A model generated the notes under the pieces. It saw only the letters and a program-made list of their open reading frames with translations, was not told where the DNA came from and searched no databases. The translations under genes and the position numbers were made by a program. From an uncultured bacterium (lineage in GTDB: Bacteria > Omnitrophota > Omnitrophia > Omnitrophales > Aquincolibacteriaceae), in contig CAYJSI010000009.1 of the NCBI GenBank assembly GCA_964373045.1, positions 1-63,383 of the forward strand: 63,383 bases of DNA. Direction: 5' to 3'. This document shows positions 1 through 10,100 of this stretch, piece after piece; position 1 is the stretch's first letter, and each line of letters begins with the position of its first letter.

Positions 1-51
1 AAACACAGTATACCAATTCTTATTCACGAGACGGTTCCCTGCTGGTATTAA

Positions 52-80
52 TAAGTCCTAATTGGACTTAATTGGTCTGG
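52..80. promoter_or_regulatory. Putative Rrf2/IscR-type operator(s) upstream of the rrf2 gene
   Basis: Inverted repeat TAAGTCC-TAATT-GGACTTA (52-70) overlapping GACT-TAATT-GGTC. Resembles the GACT-N5-AGTC core of IscR type-1 sites. Confidence 0.55.
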
Positions 81-114
81 TTTGGTATACTTTATAACAA
101 AGGGGGACGATCCC

Positions 115-567
115 ATGCGATTTACAACGAAGACGGAATACGGCCTGATTTGCCTTATTTATATGGCGAATCATGCAGAGCTCCATCCCGTTACGATCCG
201 GGAGATCGTCAAAAAGGAGCGCTATTCTCAGACCTTTACGGAGAAGATTCTGCAGCGGCTTCGCGGGGCAAAAATCGTTTCAGCTCAGCATGGGAACCAA
301 GGCGGATACATGCTGGCGCGGCCTGCGGCTGAAATTACGCTTCGAGAAATTGTGGAAGCGCTTGAAGGGCACACGTTCGACGTCTTTTGTGAGCCCGATA
401 TTCGGAGTCATATTGTGTGTAATCATTACTCGGCATGCGGGGTCATGCCGGTTTGGAACCGCACGAAAGAACTTTTGGATGATTTTTACGGGTCGGTGAC
501 GCTCGAGATGCTGGCGAAGAATTCGATGAAGTTTCCGCCGCTTACGCAAACCGTAGCGGTCAAATAA
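115..567 (+). CDS. Rrf2-family (IscR-like) transcriptional regulator
   Basis: MRFTTKTEYGL N-terminus, winged-helix motif GNQGGYMLAR, three C-terminal Cys (FC..VC..AC). ATG at 115 follows AAGGGGGA. Leads the suf operon. Confidence 0.9.
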   Translation: MRFTTKTEYGLICLIYMANHAELHPVTIREIVKKERYSQTFTEKILQRLRGAKIVSAQHGNQGGYMLARPAAEITLREIVEALEGHTFDVFCEPDIRSHIVCNHYSACGVMPVWNRTKELLDDFYGSVTLEMLAKNSMKFPPLTQTVAVK

Positions 568-581
568 TTTTTTTTGAAATG

Positions 582-606
582 AATCTGGACTGATTAAGTC
601 TAGTTA
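582..606. promoter_or_regulatory. Putative IscR type-1-like operator in front of sufB
   Basis: AATCTG-GACT-GATTA-AGTC-TAGTTA is an imperfect palindrome with a GACT-N5-AGTC core. Confidence 0.55.
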
Positions 607-618
607 GCGAGGCTGAAA

Positions 619-2070
619 ATGACTGAAAAAAACATCACCATTGAAGAACTGGTCAACCGGGATTATCAATACGGCTTTAAGACGCCCATTGAAGCCGGCG
701 TGACGGTGAAAGGTCTTACGGAAGACACGATCCGCCTCATTTCGCATCACAAAAAAGAGCCGGCGTGGATGCTCGAATTCCGCCTGAATGCCTTCAAGCA
801 GTGGCAGAAGATGAAGGAGCCCAAATGGGCCAATGTGCGTTACCCCGCCATCAATTACCAGGATGTGATTTATTATTCGGAGCCCAAGCAGGCAACGGGT
901 AAGAAAAAAAGTCTCGACGAAGTCGATCCGGAGCTCCGCCGAACCTTTGAGAAACTCGGCATTCCCCTCAATGAACAAAAGCGGCTTTCGGGGGTTGCGG
1001 TCGACGCTATCTTTGACAGCATTTCGGTGGCGACCACGTTTAAAGAAAAACTGAAAGAAGCCGGGGTTATTTTTTGTTCATTTTCAGAGGCCGTGCGTGA
1101 ACACCCCGAGCTGGTTAAAAAATACATGTGCTCTGTGGTGCCGGTTGCGGACAATTTTTTTGCGGCCTTGAACACGGCGGTCTTTACCGATGGGTCGTTT
1201 GTTTTCATTCCGAAGAACACGCGCTGCCCGATGGAGTTATCGACCTATTTTCGCATCAACACGGAAAACTCCGGTCAGTTTGAGCGCACACTCATCATTG
1301 CAGAAGAAGGCAGCTACGTCAGCTACCTCGAAGGCTGCACGGCGCCTAAGTTTGACACGAACCAGCTTCATGCGGCCGTAGTGGAGCTCATTACCTTCGA
1401 CCATGCCGAGATCAAATATTCTACCGTGCAAAATTGGTACGCGGGGGATCCCAAAACGGGAAAAGGCGGCATTTATAACTTTGTGACCAAGCGGGGCAAG
1501 TGCCAGGGGAAAAATTCCAAGATCTCCTGGACGCAGGTGGAAACCGGTGCGGCCATTACCTGGAAATACCCGAGCTGTATTTTGATCGGAGATAACTCGG
1601 TGGGCGAATTTTATTCCGTGGCCCTTACGACCGGGTATCAACAGGCGGACACAGGTTCGAAGATGCTCCATATCGGGAAAAACACCCGGAGCACGATCAT
1701 CTCGAAGGGGATCTCGGCCGGCCGCGCCGTCAATAATTACCGCGGGCTTGTGCAGGTGCAGAAAAATGCGGCGCAGGCGCGCAATTACACCCAGTGCGAC
1801 TCGCTTTTGATCGGCCCGAAATGCCAGGCCAATACCTTTCCCTACGTGGATGTGCAGAACGCAACGGCCCGCCTTGAGCACGAGGCCACGACTTCCAAAG
1901 TCAGCGAAGATCAGCTTTTTTATTTTCTGCAGCGCGGGATTTCGGGCGAAGATGCCATGAGTTCCATTATCAGCGGATTTTGTAAAGATGTTTTTCGCGA
2001 GCTTCCCGGTGAGTTTGCCGTGGAGGCGACGCAGCTTCTCGGTCTTAAGCTCGAAGGCGCCACCGGATAA
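619..2070 (+). CDS. sufB: Fe-S cluster assembly protein SufB
   Basis: [37 protein letters not shown] motifs; 483 aa. Confidence 0.97.
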   Translation: MTEKNITIEELVNRDYQYGFKTPIEAGVTVKGLTEDTIRLISHHKKEPAWMLEFRLNAFKQWQKMKEPKWANVRYPAINYQDVIYYSEPKQATGKKKSLDEVDPELRRTFEKLGIPLNEQKRLSGVAVDAIFDSISVATTFKEKLKEAGVIFCSFSEAVREHPELVKKYMCSVVPVADNFFAALNTAVFTDGSFVFIPKNTRCPMELSTYFRINTENSGQFERTLIIAEEGSYVSYLEGCTAPKFDTNQLHAAVVELITFDHAEIKYSTVQNWYAGDPKTGKGGIYNFVTKRGKCQGKNSKISWTQVETGAAITWKYPSCILIGDNSVGEFYSVALTTGYQQADTGSKMLHIGKNTRSTIISKGISAGRAVNNYRGLVQVQKNAAQARNYTQCDSLLIGPKCQANTFPYVDVQNATARLEHEATTSKVSEDQLFYFLQRGISGEDAMSSIISGFCKDVFRELPGEFAVEATQLLGLKLEGATG

Positions 2071-2073
2071 AAC

Positions 2074-2111
2074 CAATTGGGGTCTGACCCAATTGGGTCA
2101 GACCCAAATTG
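2074..2111. repeat. Palindromic doublet GGGTCTGACCC-AATT-GGGTCAGACCC (REP-like)
   Basis: Perfect 26-nt palindrome at 2080-2105 made of two self-palindromic 11-mers. A related element lies at 59231-59257. Confidence 0.8.
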
Positions 2112-2123
2112 CAAATGGCAGAT

Positions 2124-2154
2124 GGGGTCATCCCGCCTTTGGCGGGATGACCCC
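2124..2154. repeat. 14-bp-stem hairpin GGGGTCATCCCGCC-TTT-GGCGGGATGACCCC
   Basis: Perfect inverted repeat. The CCTTTGGCG core recurs at 6081-6091 and 14050-14062. Confidence 0.75.
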
Positions 2155-2183
2155 GTTGGTTTTGCGTAATGAAAGGATGAACG

Positions 2184-2933
2184 ATGTTATTGATTCGGAA
2201 TTTGCATGCGAAGGTCGCGGGAAAAGAGATCTTAAAGGGCCTCAACCTGGAAGTGAAGGCAGGCGAGATCCACGCCATTATGGGGCCGAACGGTTCGGGG
2301 AAGAGCACACTCGCCAAGGTTGTGGCGGGGGATCCCTTGATCAAAGTGACGCAGGGCGAAATTCTCTATCAGGGGAAAAATTTGCTCGAGCTCGCCCCGG
2401 ATGTGCGCGCCCTTGCCGGAATCTTTATGGCCTTTCAGTATCCCGTCGAGATCCCCGGTGTCAATAACGCCGCCTTTCTTCGCATGGCCTACAACGCCAA
2501 ACGAAAAGCCGCAAAACTTGAAGAGGCGGATCCGATCGAATTCGATGCTATCTTGCATGAGAAAATGAAAATCGTGGAAATCCCGGAGACCTTTCTTGAT
2601 CGCGCCGTGAATCACGGCTTTTCAGGCGGTGAAAAAAAGCGCAATGAAATCCTTCAAATGGCGGTGCTTGATCCTACGCTTGCCGTCTTGGATGAAACGG
2701 ATTCGGGCCTCGATATCGATGCGCTTCGAATCGTGGCGCGCGGCGTGAGCCGCCTGAGGCGGCCGGATAACGCCATCGTCCTTGTCACCCACTATCAGCG
2801 TCTGCTCGATTATATCGAACCTCGTTACGTCCACATTCTTCAAGACGGCCGGATTGCGCGTTCGGGCGACAAAACGCTTGCCCTTGAAGTCGAGAAAAAA
2901 GGTTACCAGCCTACGGCTACGGCCAAGGTTTGA
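2184..2933 (+). CDS. sufC: Fe-S cluster assembly ATPase SufC
   Basis: GPNGSGKS Walker [30 protein letters not shown]. Confidence 0.97.
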   Translation: MLLIRNLHAKVAGKEILKGLNLEVKAGEIHAIMGPNGSGKSTLAKVVAGDPLIKVTQGEILYQGKNLLELAPDVRALAGIFMAFQYPVEIPGVNNAAFLRMAYNAKRKAAKLEEADPIEFDAILHEKMKIVEIPETFLDRAVNHGFSGGEKKRNEILQMAVLDPTLAVLDETDSGLDIDALRIVARGVSRLRRPDNAIVLVTHYQRLLDYIEPRYVHILQDGRIARSGDKTLALEVEKKGYQPTATAKV

Positions 2934-2942
2934 GGACTTTTT

Positions 2943-4280
2943 ATGCCCGCCACGGAAGAAGTTCGAAAACTTGCGGCCTACCGAGACTCCTTCGTCGATT
3001 ATCGTGGCCTTCGGCATGAAGCCGACTGGCTTCAAGCACGTCGGGTGAAGGCCTATGAACGCTTCTGCCAAATCGGTTTTCCTACGCGCCGCTCTGAGGC
3101 CTGGAAATACCTTGCTCTTGAACCTATTTTGAATGCCTCCTTTTACCCGTCGCCGGCTCAGAGGACGGACAAAACGAGTTTTAATCTCGATCAGTTCTCC
3201 ATCGTGGCCGACCAGGGGAGCCGCGCCGTGCTCGTGAATGGCCATTATTCCCAGGCGCTTTCATCTGCGGAGGCGCTTCCCGAAGGAGTTTTCCTGAAAG
3301 ATCTGGCCTCGGTGATCCGATTCGAAGAAAAGCGCGTACAACCGTTTCTTTCCCTTGATCTCGAAGAAGAAGAAAATCCCTTTGCGGCCATCAATGCTTT
3401 TCAATTCAGGGATGGTATTTTTCTTTCGATTGCGGATGGCTGCGAGGTGTCGGTGCCGATCCACCTTTTATTTGCGGGACTGGGAAGCGAATCAGCTCCG
3501 CCTGTTTTTTACCCCCGCGTGGTCATCAGCTTGGGGGTAGGAGCTCGGGCCACGGTTCTTTTTGATCACGTGAGCTTAAACGCGGAGCGTTACTGGATGA
3601 ATAGCGTCCTTCAAATTCACCTGGCCAAGGAGGCTCACTTTTACGGGGTCGCTATTCACCGCGAATCAAAATCCTCCCTTCATTTCCTGAGTCCCCGAGT
3701 GCATCTTGCGGAGAAGAGCTGCTTTCAAATGACCTCCTGCGTGCAGGGAGATCTTACGGTCCGAAACGATGCTCAAATTTTTATCGAGGGCACCGGAACT
3801 TACAGTGAATGGAGGGGGGTTTCGGCACTTTCGGGGCGAGGTCAGCTTTTTGATCACCTTACCATGAATCACCAAAGCGCCAACGGAACAAGCCGGCAGT
3901 TTTTCAAAAATATCCTGGCGGACGCGGCGCAAGCCGAGTTCAATAGCCTGGTTCATATTTCACCCGGCGCTGTGCAGTCGGATTCGAGACAACTCAACCG
4001 CAACCTCCTTTTATCCGAGGAGGCGCGCTCCTACTCGCGTCCGCAGCTTAAGATTGATGCCGATGATGTGCAATGTTCGCACGGCTCGGCCACCGGACCC
4101 CTCGAACGCGAGGAACTTTTTTATCTCCAGAGCCGGGGTTTAAGCGAAGAGCTGGCGCATTTTGTCATGATCTACGGTTTTGGAGAGGAAATCTTAGAAG
4201 GGGTGGAACCCATCTCGCTTCGCCGTCACTTGGAAGCCATGTACCGCCGCCAAATTGAAAAAATGATGATTAGAAAATAG
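2943..4280 (+). CDS. sufD: Fe-S cluster assembly protein SufD
   Basis: EAWKY, RPQLKIDADDVQCSHG, LFYLQSRG; position in the suf operon. Confidence 0.93.
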   Translation: MPATEEVRKLAAYRDSFVDYRGLRHEADWLQARRVKAYERFCQIGFPTRRSEAWKYLALEPILNASFYPSPAQRTDKTSFNLDQFSIVADQGSRAVLVNGHYSQALSSAEALPEGVFLKDLASVIRFEEKRVQPFLSLDLEEEENPFAAINAFQFRDGIFLSIADGCEVSVPIHLLFAGLGSESAPPVFYPRVVISLGVGARATVLFDHVSLNAERYWMNSVLQIHLAKEAHFYGVAIHRESKSSLHFLSPRVHLAEKSCFQMTSCVQGDLTVRNDAQIFIEGTGTYSEWRGVSALSGRGQLFDHLTMNHQSANGTSRQFFKNILADAAQAEFNSLVHISPGAVQSDSRQLNRNLLLSEEARSYSRPQLKIDADDVQCSHGSATGPLEREELFYLQSRGLSEELAHFVMIYGFGEEILEGVEPISLRRHLEAMYRRQIEKMMIRK

Positions 4281-4282
4281 AA

Positions 4283-5515
4283 ATGATGACGATGCCGACA
4301 CTTGATGTAAAAAAAATCCGTAAGGACTTTCCGGTGCTGGAGCATCGAATGAATGGGCACCTTCTTGCCTATTTGGATAACGCCGCCACGACCCAAAAGC
4401 CGCTCCCTGTGATTGAGCGCATGAACCGTTTTTACCGGGAGGAATACGCCACGGTTCACCGCGGCGTTTACACCTTAAGCCAAAATTCTACCTGGGAGTG
4501 CGACCTTGTGCGCGAAAAAGTTCGCCTGTTTCTGAATGCCAAAAAAACAGCGGAGATTATTTTTACACGGGGCGCCACCGAGGCCGTCAATCTTGTGGCC
4601 GCGGGCTACGGCAGGAAGTTCATCAAAAAGGGAGACGAGATCATTATTTCCGCCATTGAGCATCACGCCAACCTTGTCCCCTGGCAGCAGCTTTGTTTTG
4701 AAAAGGGGGCACTCCTCAAAGTCATCCCCGTGAACGACCGGGGCGAGCTCATCATGGACGAATACAAAAAACTTTTAAACGAGCACACCAAGATCGTGGC
4801 CGTGGGCCATGTCTCAAACGCCCTCGGCACGATTCATCCCATTCGAGAAGTCATCCAGCTTGCGCACAAGGCAGGGGCGGTGGTCTTGATCGACGGCGCC
4901 CAGGGCGCCCCGCATCAAAGGGTGGATGTGGAAGCGCTCGATTGTGACTTTTACTGCTTCTCAGGCCATAAAATTTACGGGCCGACCGGAATCGGCGTCC
5001 TTTATGGAAAACTGACACACCTTGAGACCATGGATCCCTATCAATCGGGCGGAGAGATGATTGAAACGGTACGCTTTGAAAAGACGACCTTTGCCAAGCC
5101 GCCGCTTAAATTTGAAGCCGGGACGCCCGCCATTGCCGAGATCGTAGGGCTTGGGCCGGCGCTTGATTATGTGAAAAATCTTGGCGCGGAGCAGATCGAA
5201 ACCTATGAAGAAAGCCTTCTTAAGGAGGCGACGGAGAAACTCTCGGCCGTGAAGGGGCTTAAGATCATCGGGACGGCAGCTAAAAAAGCGGCCGTGGTCT
5301 CTTTTGTTCTGGAAAACATTCACCCCCACGATATTGGAACCATCCTCGATCAAGAGGGGATTGCCATTCGCACCGGGCACCACTGTGCTCAAACCACGAT
5401 GCAGCGCTTTGGGGTGCCGGCCACGGCGCGCGCCTCTTTTTCCTTTTATAATAGAAGCGAGGAAATCGATCGACTGGTTCAAGCGCTTGAAAAAGTGAAA
5501 GAGGTTTTTAAGTGA
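4283..5515 (+). CDS. sufS: Cysteine desulfurase SufS
   Basis: YLDNAATTQKP, FSGHK (PLP lysine), FEAGTP, RTGHHCA. Confidence 0.96.
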   Translation: MMTMPTLDVKKIRKDFPVLEHRMNGHLLAYLDNAATTQKPLPVIERMNRFYREEYATVHRGVYTLSQNSTWECDLVREKVRLFLNAKKTAEIIFTRGATEAVNLVAAGYGRKFIKKGDEIIISAIEHHANLVPWQQLCFEKGALLKVIPVNDRGELIMDEYKKLLNEHTKIVAVGHVSNALGTIHPIREVIQLAHKAGAVVLIDGAQGAPHQRVDVEALDCDFYCFSGHKIYGPTGIGVLYGKLTHLETMDPYQSGGEMIETVRFEKTTFAKPPLKFEAGTPAIAEIVGLGPALDYVKNLGAEQIETYEESLLKEATEKLSAVKGLKIIGTAAKKAAVVSFVLENIHPHDIGTILDQEGIAIRTGHHCAQTTMQRFGVPATARASFSFYNRSEEIDRLVQALEKVKEVFK

Positions 5516-5973
5516 TCCCCGAGCCAAGGTTAAGTCACCTTTATCAGGAAGTAATCCTTGACCACAACAGCCGCCCGCGCAATTTCAAGGAAATCGAGAA
5601 GCCGACGCATCACTCCCACGGCCTGAACCCGCTTTGCGGCGATGATTACCACCTCTATCTTACCGTGGATCGCGAAGGGGTGATTCAGGATATCGGATTT
5701 AAGGGGGCGGGCTGCGCTATTTCAAAATCAAGCGCTTCCATTCTTACGACGCTTGTCAAAGGCAAATCCGCGAAGGAGGCAGAAAACTTAAAACAGCACT
5801 TCATTCATTTTTTGACCAACAAAGAAGTAGCCGAGGCCGCACGCAAGGCCATAGGCAAGATGTCGATTTTTGAAGGCGTGCGCGAATTTCCCGTGCGCGT
5901 CAAATGCGCAACACTCATCTGGCACACCTTAGCCGACGCCCTCCAAGGCACCCCCCTCCACCAAGAAATATAA
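5512..5973 (+). CDS. sufU: SufU sulfur-transfer protein
   Basis: LYQEVILDH, NPLCGD, GCAIS, RVKCA. The GTG start overlaps the sufS stop. Confidence 0.93.
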   Translation: MIPEPRLSHLYQEVILDHNSRPRNFKEIEKPTHHSHGLNPLCGDDYHLYLTVDREGVIQDIGFKGAGCAISKSSASILTTLVKGKSAKEAENLKQHFIHFLTNKEVAEAARKAIGKMSIFEGVREFPVRVKCATLIWHTLADALQGTPLHQEI

Positions 5974-5982
5974 CCCACATAG

Positions 5983-6048
5983 GTAGGGGCCGACCCACGT
6001 GTCGGCCCGTGTTCGATCGGCGGGCGGACACACGGGTCCGCCCCCTAC
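5983..6048. repeat. GTAG-type REP doublet (REPIN-like)
   Basis: GTAGGGGCCGACCCACGTGTCGGCCC, spacer, then GGGCGGACACACGGGTCCGCCCCCTAC: two inverted GTAG-footed hairpins just after the sufU stop. Confidence 0.9.
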
Positions 6049-6137
6049 AACAAAAGGGGTGGGTCCAGTTGAAAAATACCCCTTTGGCGGGTAAGCTTTG
6101 ATTAGGATGAAAATGAGTGTTTTAAAGGGGGCGGACA

Positions 6138-7115
6138 ATGGGCCGCTGGTTGATCGTTTTAGTAAGTCTGGTACTCTGGGCGGGCTGCGCCAGGCCGTCC
6201 CGGAAGGGTGTTCTTAGTCCGGAGCTGCCTCTCACCTTATCGGATCTCGCCGAGATCAGGGACGGCGAGAAAAATCACGAAACCATTCTCCTCGAAAATA
6301 TCGTTCTTCGCAGTCCCAAGCTCGAAAATTATCTGAATGCCATGGCAGCCTCTCTGTCGGAAGTCTCGACCCGCCCCCACCTGCCTTACAAAGTGGTGAT
6401 TCTGGAAGGCGATGAGGTCATGCTGTTTGGCGGACCGGGCGGCTACATTTATATGACTCGTGGGCTCTTGGAATTTGTTGGCTCGGAGGCGGAGCTTGCC
6501 GGTATCGTGGCTCACGAAATCGGTCACATTTCGCATTATGACTATGCCAACATTCCCAAGGCCTCTAAAATGAAGACCCTTTACGATAAATTGCTGCAGG
6601 GCTCCGAGCTGGCGAGCGAAGCCGTCGGAAGCTATGGGACGGCAGCCAACCGGGGGTTGAAAGGTGTGGGGAGGGTGACCCCCATCATTGCCAACCGGTT
6701 CCGCGTGGATCAGGAAATCGGGTCGGATGAGCGCGCCATCGATTACCTCATGAAGGCGGGTTATGATCCGCGTGGGCTTTATGATTTTCTCGAACGGCTA
6801 TCGCGGGTGGAGATTTCCGAGATTCCTCGTTTTGTGGGTATCTTGAATACCCACCCGCCCTTTCAGGATCGGCGCGAGGTCCTGCGCGAATATTTAAATC
6901 ACCTTAATCTCGACACCCAATTGAAACAAGGCAAGATTGAATTCAAGAAAGATCTTCTGAATGATGTCCGCCAAGCAGCCTTCAACGTTCCCAACTCCAT
7001 TCTCTTTGAGCCTGAAAGCGGTTTGAGGCGCACGCTTTCCAGTGAAACAGGCAATGCCCCCCATGCCAAAGAAAACAAACTTGTTCCTGCCGGCCAGCGG
7101 GGGGAGTGGTTTTAG
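6138..7115 (+). CDS. M48-family zinc metallopeptidase, probable lipoprotein
   Basis: Lipobox-like LWAGC, HEIGH zinc motif, AGYDP and THP motifs. Confidence 0.85.
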   Translation: MGRWLIVLVSLVLWAGCARPSRKGVLSPELPLTLSDLAEIRDGEKNHETILLENIVLRSPKLENYLNAMAASLSEVSTRPHLPYKVVILEGDEVMLFGGPGGYIYMTRGLLEFVGSEAELAGIVAHEIGHISHYDYANIPKASKMKTLYDKLLQGSELASEAVGSYGTAANRGLKGVGRVTPIIANRFRVDQEIGSDERAIDYLMKAGYDPRGLYDFLERLSRVEISEIPRFVGILNTHPPFQDRREVLREYLNHLNLDTQLKQGKIEFKKDLLNDVRQAAFNVPNSILFEPESGLRRTLSSETGNAPHAKENKLVPAGQRGEWF

Positions 7116-7119
7116 CGAA

Positions 7120-10100
7120 CTAGATGTTGAAGTATTTGGCTTTGGGGTGATGGACGACAATGGCGGAAGTGGATTGCTCGGGAACGAGCTGGAATTCCTC
7201 AGTGAGGCTCACACCGATTTTCTCGGCGGGGACAAGCTGGAATAACTGCACCTGATCTTCCAGGTGGGGACAGGCTGGGTAGCCAAAGCTGTAGCGCGAG
7301 CCCTGATAACCTTGTCTAAAAATTTCGTTCCGATCTTTGCTATCTGCCACGCCGACCCCGAGGTCGCGTCGAATCATCCAGTGGACATATTCCGCAAGTC
7401 CCTCGGCCGATTCAACCGAGAGCCCGTGCAAATAGAGGTAATCCGTGTATTGATTCGATTCAAAGAGTTTTTTCGTGACCTCACTCGCGTGGGCGCCGAC
7501 CGTCACGACTTGGAATCCCGCGATGTCGAGCTCTCCTGAATCTTTCGAGCGGAAAAAATCCGAAAGACAGAGATAAGGTTCCTTCTTCTGCCGGGGAAAG
7601 GTAAAGCGCACTTTTTCTTTTTTTACGGTTTCATCGAGCACCACGAGATCATTTCCTTCCGAATAACACGGGTAAAATCCGTAGATCATCTTCGGCTGCA
7701 GGATTTTTTCGCGCAGGCACCTGGCTGTCAGCTCCTTAAAAATCGGTTCGATCGTTTCGCGGGTCATTTTTTCGTACTCGTCATGTTTCAAATCGCCTCG
7801 CTTAAACTGCCACTGAGCGCGGTAGAGGGCAATTTTATTGATCCATCCAAAGACCTCTTCCATGCGGATATTGGTGAGGATCCGGTAGCCCAAGAAGGGG
7901 GCTTTCGGAATCGACTTAGCCGGTTCGACCGCGGAACGCGTCACCACTCCGACCGCAGATCTTTGGTCGATCGCGGCCTCCATTTTGGCCCCGCGCGCCT
8001 TGATGGTTTTGGTCACGCGCTCGGCGCGTTCCGGATTCTTAAGTTCATTCATAATCCGAAGTCCCGCAAAGGCATCCTGCCCGTAATAGACCTCGCCCTT
8101 GTAAAGACCGGCCAGGTCTTCTTCGACATATTTGCGGGTGAGTGCCGCGCCGCCACAGATGACAGGCATCGTGATATCACGCTGGTTCATTTCCTCCAGG
8201 TCTTCTTTCATGATGAGGGTCGATTTTACAAGCAGCCCCGAAAGCCCGATGGCATCGGCCTTGTGTTCATGCGCAGCCTTGAGGATGTTATCGATCGGCT
8301 GCTTGATTCCGAGATTGATCACCTTGTAGCCGTTATTCGTGAGGATGATGTCGACTAAGTTTTTACCAATGTCGTGGACGTCGCCTTTTACGGTGGCAAG
8401 CACAATGATCCCTTTTTCCTGGCCCTCGACTTTTTCCATGAAAGGTTCGAGATAGGCGACTGCGCGTTTCATGACTTCGGCTGATTGAAGCACAAAGGGG
8501 AGCTGCATCTTGCCGGCTCCGAAAAGGTCGCCCACCACTTTCATGCCGTCCAGGAGCACGGTGTTGATAATCTCAAGCGGTTTATATTTTTTCATGGCGC
8601 GGTCGAGTTCGCTTTCCAGATTTTCCTTATCACCGTCAATGATCTTGTTTTTAAGCGATTCCTCGACCGTGGCGGAGGCGGTTTTCCTAACCTCTTTCGG
8701 GGCCGCCCCTTTCTTCTTATCAAAGTAGGCCATAAACACATGAATAGGTTCAGAGCCATTTTCACTTTTGTTGTAAATCAAATTTTTACAGAGCTCGATC
8801 TCCTCAGCCGGGATTTTAAAAATGGGCATGATCTTTTTGGCGTGCACGATTGCGGCATCAAGCCCGGCCGCGATGGCCTCGTGGAGGAAGACACTGTTCA
8901 AAACGTGGCGGGCCACCGGGTCAAGGCCAAAGGAGATGTTACTTACTCCCAGAATGGTGCGCACCTGGGGCAGATTCTTTTTAATGAGCCGGATGGCTTC
9001 GATGGTTTCGACGCCCGCATTGCGGAATTCTTTGTCACCGCTTCCGATGGTAAACGTGAGTGTGTCAAAAAAGAGGTCTTCGCCCCGGATGCCGTATTTC
9101 TGAGTCGCAAGGTCATAAATGCGTTTTGCGATGGCGAGCTTTTCGTCCCGCGTTTTGGCCATGCCCTTTTCGTCGATGGTGAGTGCCACAAGGGCGGCCC
9201 CGTATTTTTTGGCGAGGGGACAGACTCTTTTCATCCGCTCTTCGCCGTCTTCGAGATTGATCGAATTGATGATGGATTTTCCGCCGATGCGTTTTAGGGC
9301 TTCTTCAATCACCGGCCACTCTGTCGAGTCGATCACGATGGGAAGTGTGACCTGCTGGTTAAAGCGCGTGATCGCTTCGATCATGTCGCGCGTTTCGTCA
9401 CGCCCCACATAAGCGACACAAAGATCGATGGCGTGGGCGCCTTCTTTGGTGGCCTCGCGGGCCATGCCGACTAAGCCGTCGTAGTCTTCCCGTTCAAGCA
9501 GGCCCTTAAACTTGCGGCTGCCGTTAGCGTTGGTTTGTTCGCCCACTAAAAGCGGAGGCGGATCCTGGCCGTAGGTCACAGCCGAATAAAGACTCGAGCA
9601 CGCCGCTTCGTGTTTTGGCGCGCGCTCTTTTGGTTTTACGCCTCGAAGCCGGTTCACCACGGCCTTTAAATGTTCAGGCGTGGTGCCGCAACAGCCTCCG
9701 ACGATCGAAACGCCGAACCCTTTCACAAAGCGTTCATGGAAATCGGCAAGCTCCTGAGGAGTCAACCGGTAATGGGCAACGCCGCCGACATTTTCGGGAA
9801 GCCCCGCATTGGGAAGTGCTGAGATCGGTTTCGTGGAATAGTCACAAAGGTGGCGCAGGTGATCGGCCATTTCGACCGGCCCTGTGGCGCAGTTCATGCC
9901 GATCACATCGATGGGAAGCATTTCAAGGGCGGCAATCACGGCCCCCATTTCAGATCCGAGCAGCATCGTGCCGGTTCGTTCAAAGGTGACCTGACACATG
10001 ATGGGAAGACGCTTGCCGGACTCCTGAAAAAATTCATCGGCCGCAATCACCGCGATTTTGGCCTGCAGCAGGTCCTGGCAGGTTTCAATCAAAAGGATAT

